From contig VJWM01000025.1 of assembly GCA_010909165.1 (NCBI GenBank), positions 3,162,001-3,226,000 of the forward strand: DNA of 64,000 nt, in the 5' to 3' direction. Each line of letters starts with the position of its first letter. Positions within the stretch are counted from its first letter, which is position 1. The notes under the pieces were generated by a model. That model ran no database searches and was not told the DNA's origin. It saw only the letters and a program-made list of their open reading frames with translations. The position numbers were made by a program, and so were the translations under genes. Shown here piece after piece: positions 12,390-23,129 of this stretch. The DNA is from Anthoceros angustus. Lineage: Eukaryota; Plantae; Anthocerotophyta.

Positions 12390-14247
12390 TTCCTCTCACC
12401 CGTGTCTGCGGGCAACCCGTTTTAAAGACGACACCTGTGTTTTTCTGGGTAGCAACATCAGTAGCCTATATGTTAAATATGCTACGCAATGCATGTACTT
12501 TAAACACATCAGCGGAGCCTGCAGTGACTCGACCTGCGTCCCCGGCCCGGAGCTTCTCTCTCCCACCTGTCGTTGTACATATCTCGCCGAGATTCGGAAT
12601 TCGCGTTAAAGTAACCATTTTCTTGCAATGCACTAGTTCCTAGACCATATGGACATCTTCACGAGACCCGAACGGCACCAGAAGGCCATCTGTGAGCGTC
12701 TCCAACCACCGAAGTGCAGGTGTCCGTTTGCATTTCTATTCTAAATTTTAAGTATTTAAGTTATCTATAAAGATTAAATTCTAGTCTCTTGGAGATTGCC
12801 ACACTATGCATTTCTACCATATGAATTATAAATCTTTTATATTTGCTTTGTGTATGGCCCAAATGGCCCGAACCTTAGCTTGAATTCCCTTGCGCTTTAA
12901 GACGGCGCCTCCAACATGAGCACTTCCATCGGCCCTGCTGAGAAAAAAATTAGAAACTTTGAGGTTAGCGAAGGTGCCCATTCACTACTAGAGAAAGGAC
13001 CCCTTTGACATTGCATTTTGCAAGGCTACGTTATAAAATGACGTTGTCGGAGATAAACATTCATAGCATTATAAAAAGTGGTGACATGGACAGCTTGATG
13101 ACAAGGATCCACATCACCACTCACAGTGGCATGATGTCATGGCACTAGTCGCCAGGTCACCGATCTGGCTGCCATGCATGGTACCTTGGTGACATGTCGG
13201 CGGTTTACATGGCATATTATGCCATGTTGGCGGTTAATGTGTCACCACCATGCCACATAAGCAGCTCACATGGTGGATTTTCATTGGCCAAGTCCGATGA
13301 TGAGGCGAATTTTGATTGGTTGCTATGATGCTAACATGGCACATTTTCATTGATCACTTAAACTTGTTGATGATGTGGCGCATTTTCGTTGGCCCATGGT
13401 TTGATGATGTATCCAATTATAATAAATAATGAGGAATGCAACATCGGATTGGAAAGAACAATGGGCATACATACACTTGCACAAGAAAAGACGATTGTTA
13501 TGTGTTACAGGAAGACATAAATAGTCTATGTAAAATAACCGATTTATGGCCGAATTATATGAAACCTAAAACTATATTTAGAATACCCCTTCGTTGAATA
13601 AAGGTTATTAGGGTAGAGTTAGGTATGTACTTATAACTTATCCAATACATTATACTCGGCCAGTGTTAGGGTAATTTACAACGCCTTTTACTACGCATTG
13701 AACAAGGCAGGTTTATAATGCACGGGTACAAGGCAGTTTTACAACGCATGCGTACAATGTAGTGTTACAACGTCATAATACAACAGTTATGTACAATATT
13801 TGTTTACAACGTACTTTTACCATATTCAAAGTAGTCCTTCACAACTACCTCCCGAAGAATGATAGGGCTATGTAAATTCAAGCAGTGCCTTTGCTACATA
13901 CTCATGTCACACAACCACATGGACAATCATATTCTCGATTCTGGTAGGTCGGATGATGTACTAAAATTGTTTTGTCTTCCATAGCAATTTATGTAGAAGG
14001 CCGTCACCGAGGGCCTTGTTGTGGGCCTGCCGTCAAGTTCTACACGCCATGTGGAATGCCTGACAGCCTTCAAACAACAAGAAAAGAAACTTGATATATG
14101 ATAATGGGATATTATATTAGATTCCAAGTTAAAGTTGCTCATTTCTCATATATATATAAACACACTCAAAATTAAGATCTTAAAAGGAAAGGTCTATGAC
14201 AAAGGCTATAAGGTTTGCATTTTTGTCGGGTGGAACTGAATGTGAAG

Positions 14248-14558
14248 ATCGTTCTATCCAAGTTGGGATAATCTTCGTTTTACATACCAACAATCGGGTA
14301 TGTTAGGGCACACAAATCTGGCGTGTTGCCGATCGAAGAGATTCGTGAGTGCATGCTTCCGACTTCTAGCATTGTGGATGCCCATCGTCCGCGGGCGTGT
14401 TATGAATCGTTCTATCCAAGTTGGGATAATCTTCGTTTTACATACCAACAATCGGGTATGTTAGGGCACACAAATCTGGTGTGTTGCCGATCGAAGTGAT
14501 TCGTGAGTGCATGCTTCCGACTTCTAGCATTGTGCATCCACCCATCGTCCGCGGGCGT
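14248..14558. repeat. Tandem duplication, 158-bp period, 2 copies
   Basis: atcgttctatccaagttgggataatc...ccgcgggcgt starts at 14248 and 14406 with few mismatches. Confidence 0.9.
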
Positions 14559-14969
14559 TCCTTCATAACACGTTCGTTCATTGTTTTGCGTGGTCAATGT
14601 ATAGAGGCAAATTTTTTGGTAATGAATTCAAAGACTTTATAGATATTTCAAAGTATACATCGAAGTCTCACATAGAGATTTTTACGTAGGACATTAACAA
14701 GCGCACAGAGGCTGAAACCATGATCTTTCATGATCTTGTACAATAAGTGGTCCCATAGGCCCATGAAGCTAGAGGATGGATGGCACTGTAAAAGGGCAAG
14801 GACATGATGTTTTTAAAACAATTGGTCCCGTAGGGCCTTGCAGCTTGAGGATGGATGGCACCTCATCCAAGCACTGATCCATCCTAAGAATACTTAACTT
14901 TCAGGATCCAATGAACTCATGTCATTCCCTTAAAGATAGGCCTACATAAATGAACCCATATCTGGACCA

Positions 14970-15090
14970 GACATGTCACTCACTTGAAGAGAGGACTATG
15001 TAGTGGTATAGACATGTCACTCACTTGAAGAGAGGACTATGTAGTGGTATACTGACATGTCACTCACTTGAAGGGAGGACTATGTAGTGG
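14970..15090. repeat. Tandem repeat, ~41-43 bp x3
   Basis: gacatgtcactcacttgaagagaggactatgtagtggtata at 14970, 15011 and ~15054. Confidence 0.9.
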
Positions 15091-15114
15091 CATTCTTGCT
15101 CTCCGCCGTGCACC

Positions 15115-15330
15115 CGTGAAGGTAAGTAAATATGTTCCTAAATTACCAAAAATGTTTACTCATTGATTCATGACGAATGTGGGAAATGTCCACCTCTGAA
15201 GGTAAGTTAATATGTTCCTAAATTACCAAAAATGTTTAGTTATTGACTCAAGATGAATGCGGAAAATGTTGTGAAGGTAAGTAAATATGTTCCTAAATTA
15301 CTAAAAATGTTTAGTCCTTGATTCAAGATG
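15115..15330. repeat. Tandem repeat, ~77-82 bp x3
   Basis: tgaaggtaagtaaatatgttcctaaattaccaaaaatgttta repeated near 15117, 15197 and 15272. Confidence 0.85.
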
Positions 15331-15756
15331 AATGCAAAAAACATAGCATCTTCAGCTCCAGCTCTGGTGGTAAGTAGGCCCTTATTAAGGGCTCTTCCTT
15401 ATCTGGGATTAATAGGCCCTTTAATAGGCCCGCTCTTCCTCCTTCCATGGGACTTCCATGCCTACATATTTATAAAGTCTCCGTATTTATTTTATGTGAT
15501 TGATTTTGATATTATCATAAGTGGTTATAATGATCGAGTGGGGAAGGGTTTAGGCCCTAGGGTTTAGTTTATTAGGGAAGAAGCAGGTACTGTTTGGGGT
15601 GGAGGAGTGCTGTTGAGGAATCGCAATTCGCGAGCGCCGGGCAAGCATCCTGCGGGATCGGTTGTCGCCTAAACATGTTGGCTGGATTTGTACAGGTTTG
15701 GTCGTGCAATCGTGTTGAAGTTGCTGGCCTCGACTGATACGGCAACAGGCGTCGCC

Positions 15757-17778
15757 ATGCTGGCTCTTAAGAACCAGCTGCGGTGTTTGACCTATCCACC
15801 AGATCTTGCTGGGGAGCTCCCTCTATATGTAGCCTCTAACTCCCTCCCAATTCAGGCTGCTTGCTTTGAGCCAGCTGGCGTCGCCTTCCATGCTGCCGCG
15901 CTCCGGCTACTGGGATTGGACAAGTCGGATGGCGACAGTGAGGAGGATGTGGTCTCTGACAAGAAGGAGAAGACCTCGTCTCCATCCGTGGACTCCTACC
16001 AGTCCAAGGGGAAGAAGAAGTCCGGGTCAGCGGGTGATCAGCAGGACCACTATGCTCTCCTGGGCCTAGCTCATCTCCGGTTCCTGGCTACTGAGGAGCA
16101 AATCAGGAAAGCTTACAGGGAAACTGCCCTGAAGCATCATCCTGATAAGCAGGCTGCCCTGCTCTTGACTGAGGAGACAGAGGAGGGGAAGGAAGCCAAG
16201 AAGGAGGAGATTGATAAGCATTTTAAGTCCATTCAAGAGGCCTATGAGGTTCTCATTGACCCTACCAAGCGCAGGGTGTATGATTCTATTGATGAGTTTG
16301 ACGACGAGATTCCTGAGGACTGCGCTCCGGAGGATTTTTTCAAGGTTTATTCACCTGTGTTTATGAGGAATGGCCGGTGGTCAGTTGTACAGCCGGTCCC
16401 TCCTCTGGGAGAGGACAACATGTCCATGCAGGAGGTTGATGCTTTCTACGATTTCTGGTGGGGTTTCAAAAGTTGGCGGGAGTTCCCCCATGCGGATGAG
16501 TTTGATCTTGAGCAAGCGGAGAATCGGGAGCATAAGAGATGGATGGAGAGGCAGAACTCTAAGCTCCGGGAAAAGGCTAAGAAGGAGGAGAATAGTAGAA
16601 TTAGGGTGATGGTGGAGAATGCTTACAGGAAGGATCCACGAGTTGCGCGAAGGAAGGAACAGGAGAAAGCCGAGAAGCTGCGGAAGAAGCAGGCGAAGGA
16701 TCAAGCTAGGCGGGAGAAGGAAGAGGAAGCAGCTAGGGTTGTAGAAGAGGAGAAGAAGAGGAAAGAGGAGGAAGAGAAGAAGGCAGCTGAAGAAGCGGCG
16801 GCTCTGAAGAAGATTAGGGAGAAGGAGAAAAAGCTGGTGAGGAAAGAGAGAGCTCGGTTGCGCTCTGCTGCTGCTGGATTGGTTGGGCGGAAAGACCTTG
16901 GGGTTTTAGACGATACGATTGAGGACCTCTGCATGAGTTTGGAAATCACTCAACTGAGACAACTTTGTGAAAGGCTGGAAGGGAGCAACAATGTTGCTGA
17001 GCAGGCACATATTCTTCTGGGAAAAGACACCGTTTTTGAAAATGGGGGCACTGTGCACGTGCAGAGCGGGAGTGATAGTGGTGGTGCAGGTGATGTCAAA
17101 CAGGTCCCTGCAATTTCACAATCTCCCAAAGTTTGTGTAGAGAAGAAGGCATCTTCTGTTGCTAATGCTGTCAAAAAGGAAAGGCCTTGGTCCAAGGAAG
17201 AGCTGGATCTTTTGCGTAAGGCTATAGGTAAGTATCCAAAGGGAACGTCACAGCGATGGGAGGTGGTTTCTACCTACCTAGGAACTGGACGATCAGCAGA
17301 GGAGATCACTAGGGCTGTGAAGACTCGCTTACTGCAGAAGCCAGACTCTTCAAAAGCGTTTGATTCATTTTTGTCGAATCGGAAGACTTCAGGTGTTGCC
17401 ATTGATTCGCCACTCTCTACCAGGGATGACGTTGTCAAGGAGACTTCTCCCAACGTGGTACCTGTGAAAGAAAGTGAGACGACAAGAGGTGGGACTGCCA
17501 AGAAAGATGTCAAAGTAGTTGAGAATGGTGTCGCCAAGAGTGCAGCTAATGGGAACAGCTTAGTAGAGGTGTCCGAAAAGGGCAATAGTGGTGTGGCAGA
17601 CCATGACGGATGGTCGGAGGCTCAGACTCATGCTCTTGTCGTGGCCGCTAAGAATTTCCCCAAGGGTACTGATCGGAGGTGGGAGAAAATTGCTGCAGAG
17701 GTCCCTGGAAAGACCAAGGCAGAGTGCATGAAGAAGTATTCTGAGTTGAGGGATATGTACAAGAAGGCAACAGCTTAA
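15757..17778 (+). CDS. ZRF1: Zuotin-related factor / DNAJC2 (J domain + ZHD + two SANT/Myb domains), copy A, intronless
   Basis: QQDHYALLGLAHLRFLATEEQIRKAYRETALKHHPDK, FYDFWWGFKSWREF, KRWMERQN, SANT motifs WSKEELDLLRKAIGKYPKGTSQRW and WSEAQTHAL..FPKGTDRRWEKIA. ATG at 15757 in GCCATG context. Confidence 0.97.
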   Translation: MLALKNQLRCLTYPPDLAGELPLYVASNSLPIQAACFEPAGVAFHAAALRLLGLDKSDGDSEEDVVSDKKEKTSSPSVDSYQSKGKKKSGSAGDQQDHYALLGLAHLRFLATEEQIRKAYRETALKHHPDKQAALLLTEETEEGKEAKKEEIDKHFKSIQEAYEVLIDPTKRRVYDSIDEFDDEIPEDCAPEDFFKVYSPVFMRNGRWSVVQPVPPLGEDNMSMQEVDAFYDFWWGFKSWREFPHADEFDLEQAENREHKRWMERQNSKLREKAKKEENSRIRVMVENAYRKDPRVARRKEQEKAEKLRKKQAKDQARREKEEEAARVVEEEKKRKEEEEKKAAEEAAALKKIREKEKKLVRKERARLRSAAAGLVGRKDLGVLDDTIEDLCMSLEITQLRQLCERLEGSNNVAEQAHILLGKDTVFENGGTVHVQSGSDSGGAGDVKQVPAISQSPKVCVEKKASSVANAVKKERPWSKEELDLLRKAIGKYPKGTSQRWEVVSTYLGTGRSAEEITRAVKTRLLQKPDSSKAFDSFLSNRKTSGVAIDSPLSTRDDVVKETSPNVVPVKESETTRGGTAKKDVKVVENGVAKSAANGNSLVEVSEKGNSGVADHDGWSEAQTHALVVAAKNFPKGTDRRWEKIAAEVPGKTKAECMKKYSELRDMYKKATA

Positions 17779-18903
17779 CTTTTTTGAAGGTTGGTCCTAC
17801 ATAGGTCTTTTATGGAAGCAATTACCAGTTATATTCTAGAGCAGGGGCAGTCATCGGCAGGGGGAAGGCTTCAGGGTGGCCCAAAGGAGCTGCATCTGAG
17901 CAAGGTCGGTTTTTGTGAGTTGCTGGCATTGGAATGGAGTCGGCGAAGGATCCGAATAGATGCAGTCTCGGTGAGTTTCTCTTCTTGGGTATGCTGCTGA
18001 CAACATAAATTTGGGTGTAGACCACTCTTGTGCTCAGATAGATGCCAACAAGCCTCTCTCATTAGTGCACTTCATGGCGTTCGCCCTCTTGTGGCTAGAT
18101 TAATCTCAGTTAATCTGTTCAATGCAGTACTGCTTATCAGTGGCTTGGTTTGCGTTGCAGTATTTTACGGTTCAAGTGCTTTTGTCTTATATTTTGATTC
18201 TGAATCCCATTATCCTTTCCTGATGCAGAGTCGAAAAACCTGGCTGGCCTACGGGAGGACTCTTCCGTAGTGCACTTAGCCTGCGAACCGGTTCGGGTGT
18301 CTCGTTAACGTGTATACTTCCCTATGTGATGAAGTCGTTCCTCATATCCGTCAATAATCTTTTTACTGGTGACAATTTCATCGCCTAGAGATCTTTTTGA
18401 CCGATGTCGTCTTCAATCAGGCACCTTGGTATTGATTTACGGACTTCACAGCTCGAATTGAGTCACTAGAAGCTTCTCTAATTAAGCAGGAAATTGCTGT
18501 TGGCTGTCGTTCGAGATTGTTTGAGGCTCGGTACAGTGAGTGACACGTGATGCACATGAACTGCGACCCCAGCAATTTTGCACAACCGGTTGCTGCGTTT
18601 ATTTGCGTGGTTGTGGTGCTCCCCGTTGTTGGGGAGCTATGCCTCTTCTTTCTTCCCTTCCTTGGCTACAAGTTTCACTCCTTGTAGGCAGCTACCGTGA
18701 GTCGTCCTTCCCTGAGCGAACCTCGTCATTTCCTGCGCGCGACCCCCTTAACGTGCGATCCTCTGTTTTTTTTTTAAATCAATGATCAAGCCTCGATGTC
18801 GGCTATTTTCCGTTCTTCAAACTACGCTTCCTTGCCGGTAACGCTTTAATGGACTGGTAGAGAAGACATTTATGGGTTGTCCAGTTAAGATACGTTTGTA
18901 GAA

Positions 18904-20949
18904 ATGAAACAATTTTTGCTTCCGAATCTTCACAACTCCTTGGAAGCCTTACCCTCTGTTGTGGCTAGTAATTGCTGGCCAGTAAGATCTTCAAAATATG
19001 AGCCAGCTGGGTTAGCATTTCATTCAATTGCTTGTCGGCTGTTAGGTGTATATCATGAAAACTCTGAGTTAGAGAATTCAGCCTCGGGAAGAAAAGATTC
19101 TACTCATAATACATGTGATCAGTCAAAAGGAAGGAAAAAAGTTTCTCTTAAAGGTGATCAACAAGATCATTATGCACTTTTGGGTATAGGGCATTTGAGA
19201 TTTCTTGCCACCGAAGAGCAAATTAGAAAAGCATATAGAGAATGTGCTTTGAAATATCATCCAGATAAACAATCTTCTTTGATACTACGTGAAAAGACTG
19301 AAGAAGCTAGGAAGACTAAAAAAGAGGAGATTGATCAATATTTTAAGGCTATCCAAGAAGCATATGAGGTCTTGATCGACCCTTGCAAAAGACGAGTTTA
19401 TGACTCAAGCGATGAGTTTGATGATGAGATTCCGACACACTGTTCTTCCAAGGACTTTTTTAATGTATTTGGTCCCGTATTTATTCGTAATGGAAAGTGG
19501 TCAATTACCCAGCCTGTTCCAATTCTTGGCGAAGAGGACACATCTATGGAAGAGGTTGATCGTTTTTACAATTTTTGGTACTCTTTCAAAAGCTGGAGAG
19601 AATTTCCGCATGTAGATGAGTTTGATATTGAAGAAGCAGAAGGTAGAGAACACAAACGGTGGATGGAGCGGCAAAATGCAAAGCTTCGAGAAAAAGCTAA
19701 GAAGGAGGAAACAATAAGAGTAAGAGCATTAGTCGACATAGCTTATAAGAAGGACCCACGAGTCTTAAAGAGAAAAGAAGAAGAAAAAAATGAGAAGCTA
19801 CAAAAAAAAAGACTTCGGGAAGACATTCGGCGAGTGAAAGAGCAGGAGACAGCTAGGGCCATAGAGCAAGAGAGGAAAGAAAAAGAAGATTTAGAGAAAA
19901 AAAACCTTGAAGAAGCTCATTTAATACGAAGATTAAAAGAAAAAGAGAAAAAATTACTTCGAAAAGAGAGATCCAGATTTCGAACAATCATATCTAGTGT
20001 TGCTTCGCAACAAAATGGCTTAGAAATATGTGATGATTTGATAGAGACAATTTGTAGAACATCACAAATGTCCCAACTCAAATTTATAAATGATGAGCTA
20101 GAACAATGCAAACAATATGAAGAACAATTACAAATCTTGCAAAAAATATCAAATGATAAAATTCCAACTATTGTGGAAGCAAAACATTCAGAAGATTTAG
20201 AGCACAATGAGAACGATAATTGTGCTAAGACAACAAACTATACAAGCAATGTTGATGTAGGGAAGTCATGTACATCCTCCAAAGAAGTAAAACATCAAGA
20301 TACTGAACAAACAAGCTGGACTGCAGAAGAAATAATCTTATTACGAAAAGCGATTACCAAATATCCTAAAGGAACATCACAACGTTGGGATGTAATTTCT
20401 CAATATATAGGAACAAAACGTCCTGTAGAAGATATACTCAGAGTAGTCAAAACAATCTTAATGCAAAAACCTTGCACCTCCAAAGTGTATGATTCTTTTT
20501 TGGAAAAGAGGAAAAATACAAGTGTGATAATTAACTCTCCTCTTTCTACAAGAGACGCAAGCAATATAGAGACATGGATTTCTAAAGATGATATTTTTAA
20601 TAATAAGACAGCTAGCCCACTAAATAGTGAGCTAAGAGGTCTTGTAAACAAACAATCAGCCATGACCACCAATCCAGAATTAAGCGGTCAACACATTACA
20701 AAATCAGGTGCTATGCATGCAACAATTTCATCGGAAAGTTTGAATATTTGTAATGAAGATCTTTGGTCCGAGGCTGAGCAATTAACGCTTATTAAAGCTT
20801 TAAAACTTTTTCCAAAAGATACCGAACAAAGATGGGAAAAAATTGCGGAAACAATTCCAGAAAAGTCAAAAGTACAATGCTTTAAAAAATTTGCTCAATT
20901 AAGAGAAAATTTTAAACTGAAAAACAAGCAAAACAATGAACAATCTTAG
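18904..20949 (+). CDS. ZRF1: Zuotin-related factor / DNAJC2, copy B, intronless, AT-rich
   Basis: Uninterrupted 681-aa ORF collinear with copy A: QQDHYALLGIGHLRFLATEEQIRKAY..YHPDK, FYNFWYSFKSWREF, WTAEEIILLRKAITKYPKGTSQRW, WSEAEQLTLIKALKLFPKDTEQRWEKIA. Confidence 0.93.
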   Translation: MKQFLLPNLHNSLEALPSVVASNCWPVRSSKYEPAGLAFHSIACRLLGVYHENSELENSASGRKDSTHNTCDQSKGRKKVSLKGDQQDHYALLGIGHLRFLATEEQIRKAYRECALKYHPDKQSSLILREKTEEARKTKKEEIDQYFKAIQEAYEVLIDPCKRRVYDSSDEFDDEIPTHCSSKDFFNVFGPVFIRNGKWSITQPVPILGEEDTSMEEVDRFYNFWYSFKSWREFPHVDEFDIEEAEGREHKRWMERQNAKLREKAKKEETIRVRALVDIAYKKDPRVLKRKEEEKNEKLQKKRLREDIRRVKEQETARAIEQERKEKEDLEKKNLEEAHLIRRLKEKEKKLLRKERSRFRTIISSVASQQNGLEICDDLIETICRTSQMSQLKFINDELEQCKQYEEQLQILQKISNDKIPTIVEAKHSEDLEHNENDNCAKTTNYTSNVDVGKSCTSSKEVKHQDTEQTSWTAEEIILLRKAITKYPKGTSQRWDVISQYIGTKRPVEDILRVVKTILMQKPCTSKVYDSFLEKRKNTSVIINSPLSTRDASNIETWISKDDIFNNKTASPLNSELRGLVNKQSAMTTNPELSGQHITKSGAMHATISSESLNICNEDLWSEAEQLTLIKALKLFPKDTEQRWEKIAETIPEKSKVQCFKKFAQLRENFKLKNKQNNEQS

Positions 20950-21983
20950 TTACAAATTGACCTTTCTAAATGTAAGGTCCATTAAATTTTTTCGAACCGT
21001 GAACAACTGAGCACATGACTGAAGATAATATACAAGGTATGTAGATTGATAGATCATTAAGTTTTATCTATGATTTATAAAATTATACTTGTTTTGTTAC
21101 ACATGGAGTTAATATTTGTAAATTTGAGTACATAATGGAACAAACCTTCACTAAAATGTGTTTCTACAGAACATAACAAATTGACATCAATTGCGAAATA
21201 AACCTTAAGATTTCGCATGTTTGGATGACAAATTAGCTAGCGAAGCAATAGAAAATTTAATGTAAGCATACTTCATACAGTTTTGATGAAATTACTGTAG
21301 TAAGCTATTTAGATAGCGGGGTGTTTACTGAAATATGTTGCATTCTTGTCCACCTTTATCTCGCTACTTACTACAATTGTACTTGGACATAATCTTTATA
21401 TAGCATGATGTATAATAATTGTTGGTTTCATTAATATGTAAATTTATAGTTTCTAATATGTAATGTCCATTTATCTTTGTTTCCCTTTATTTGCATAAGA
21501 AAGGTGGCTATGACATAATAGAGTTTGTAATCTTAACCTTACGGAGGTGCACATCATTGTAGGTAAATGTGAATTTCAAACAAGTAAACTTACGGAACTT
21601 GATTAACTTCCTACGTTATGAAGACGTAATATGGGTGGCGTGAAGAACCGCAAGATCTTGTTATTAGTGATTCTATGACTCTACAACTTGGATTGTGTAT
21701 GCCACAAATTGTGATTGCTGTTAGGACCTATCTTACCAAGAGCCCAACTCTAAATAGTCAACTATATGGTTTTGTGAAATCTTTTCACAATTTTGTACAT
21801 TTTAATTAGAGGGTTACTATTACTTTGGTTAGATCAAAAGCTCGACGGAAAGTATGATTTACGACTTCTTTCACGAGATGGCAGACTATCTAATCTCCTA
21901 GTATAGTGTTTTGTACTTATGTGTTGTTGTTTTATTGTGTTATGATTATTATTATTATTGGTCTCAGGTATGAATTTTGGTAG

Positions 21984-22186
21984 GCTAGGAGCCTATTGAA
22001 GGCTTAATCTTGTCTAGGCTAGGGGCCTATTGAAGGCTAGGCCTTGTTTAGGCTAGGGGCCTATTGAAGGCTAGGTCTTGTTTAAGCTAGGGGCCTAGTG
22101 AAGATTAGGCCTTGTCTAGGCTTGGGGCCTATTGAAGGCTAGGTCTTGTCTAGGCTAGGGGCCTATTGAAGGCTAGGTCTTGTCTT
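21984..22186. repeat. Tandem repeat, 34 bp x6
   Basis: Unit ggctaggggcctattgaaggctaggtcttgtcta at ~21984, 22017, 22051, 22085, 22119, 22153. Confidence 0.9.
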
Positions 22187-22239
22187 TAGATAAGATTAAA
22201 AAATGAAATTTATATGATAAATATTAATATGTACTCAAC

Positions 22240-22415
22240 ATCAATTCCAAACTCTGTTGATGAGGGCATTGTGCAATAGAGTGAACATCCATTCCAAACT
22301 CTTTAGATGAGCGCACTGTGCAATAGAGTGAATATCCATTCCAAACTCTTTTGACAAGGGCACTGTGCAATGGAGTGAACATCCATTCCAAACTCTTTTG
22401 ATGAGGGCACTTTGC
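22240..22415. repeat. Tandem repeat, 47 bp x~4
   Basis: Unit catccattccaaactcttttgatgagggcactgtgcaatagagtgaa with small variations. Confidence 0.9.
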
Positions 22416-22920
22416 AATAGAGTGATCAAGAGATTAAAAGACTGTGTGATACGAGATAAAGGATACGAGATTGAGTGACACTTATCAAGAGATCCAAAGA
22501 CCACATGATACAAGGTCAAGTGATAATTATGCCGCTCTAGTTGACAAGGGACTTGAAATATGTTTTTATATATATGTTCATATATATGTATGTATATGTA
22601 TGTATGTATATATATATATATACTATCACATTTGGGGGTACAGATTGGCCATTGGCCAGGGAGGCCTCTGCGTAGGTGGCCTTTTTTGGAAGCTAGGCCC
22701 TCTCTGCGCCTATCTTGACCTCGCTTCCTAATAAGGGATTCCTGCATTTCGGAAGGATTTGTCTCGAGCGTAGAAGATGAGTTTTTTCCCCTGCAGGTGT
22801 ATGTCATGGCATGTAGGAGTAATGCTTCAGAAGTAGATAGTAAGACTAGTATTTGGAACGTACAGCAGGCCATGTCTATGAATGGCATGACCTGCATAAA
22901 GGAGGTATGTGTGTATGCAT

Positions 22921-23050
22921 GTACATGTACGAGTGCATGCATGCATGTACATGTACGAGTGCATGCATGCATGTACATGTACGAGTGCATGCATGCATGT
23001 ACATGTACGAGTGCATGCATGCATGTACATGTACGAGTGCATGCATGCAT
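22921..23050. repeat. Perfect 26-bp minisatellite x5 (gtacatgtacgagtgcatgcatgcat)
   Basis: Five identical copies read directly; built from palindromes GTACATGTAC and ATGCATGCAT. Confidence 0.97.
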
Positions 23051-23129
23051 GTACATCCGCATGTAGGTGTATATGTGCATGTGTATGCATGCATGTGATA
23101 TTATGTGTGGTGTGCAATACGAAATAAGC

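Noticed and set aside
12983-13770. CACTA element starting CACTACTAGAG
   Set aside because: No matching right TIR with a 3-bp TSD found (nearest TGTAGTG ends mismatch); at most a relic end.
15688-15756. Extended ZRF1-A N-terminus from the ORF track
   Set aside because: Starts at TTG; the first ATG in good context is 15757 and aligns with the copy B start.
22241-23127. ORFs rich in MHACTRTCTC/HVHV
   Set aside because: Translations of the 26-bp and 47-bp minisatellites.
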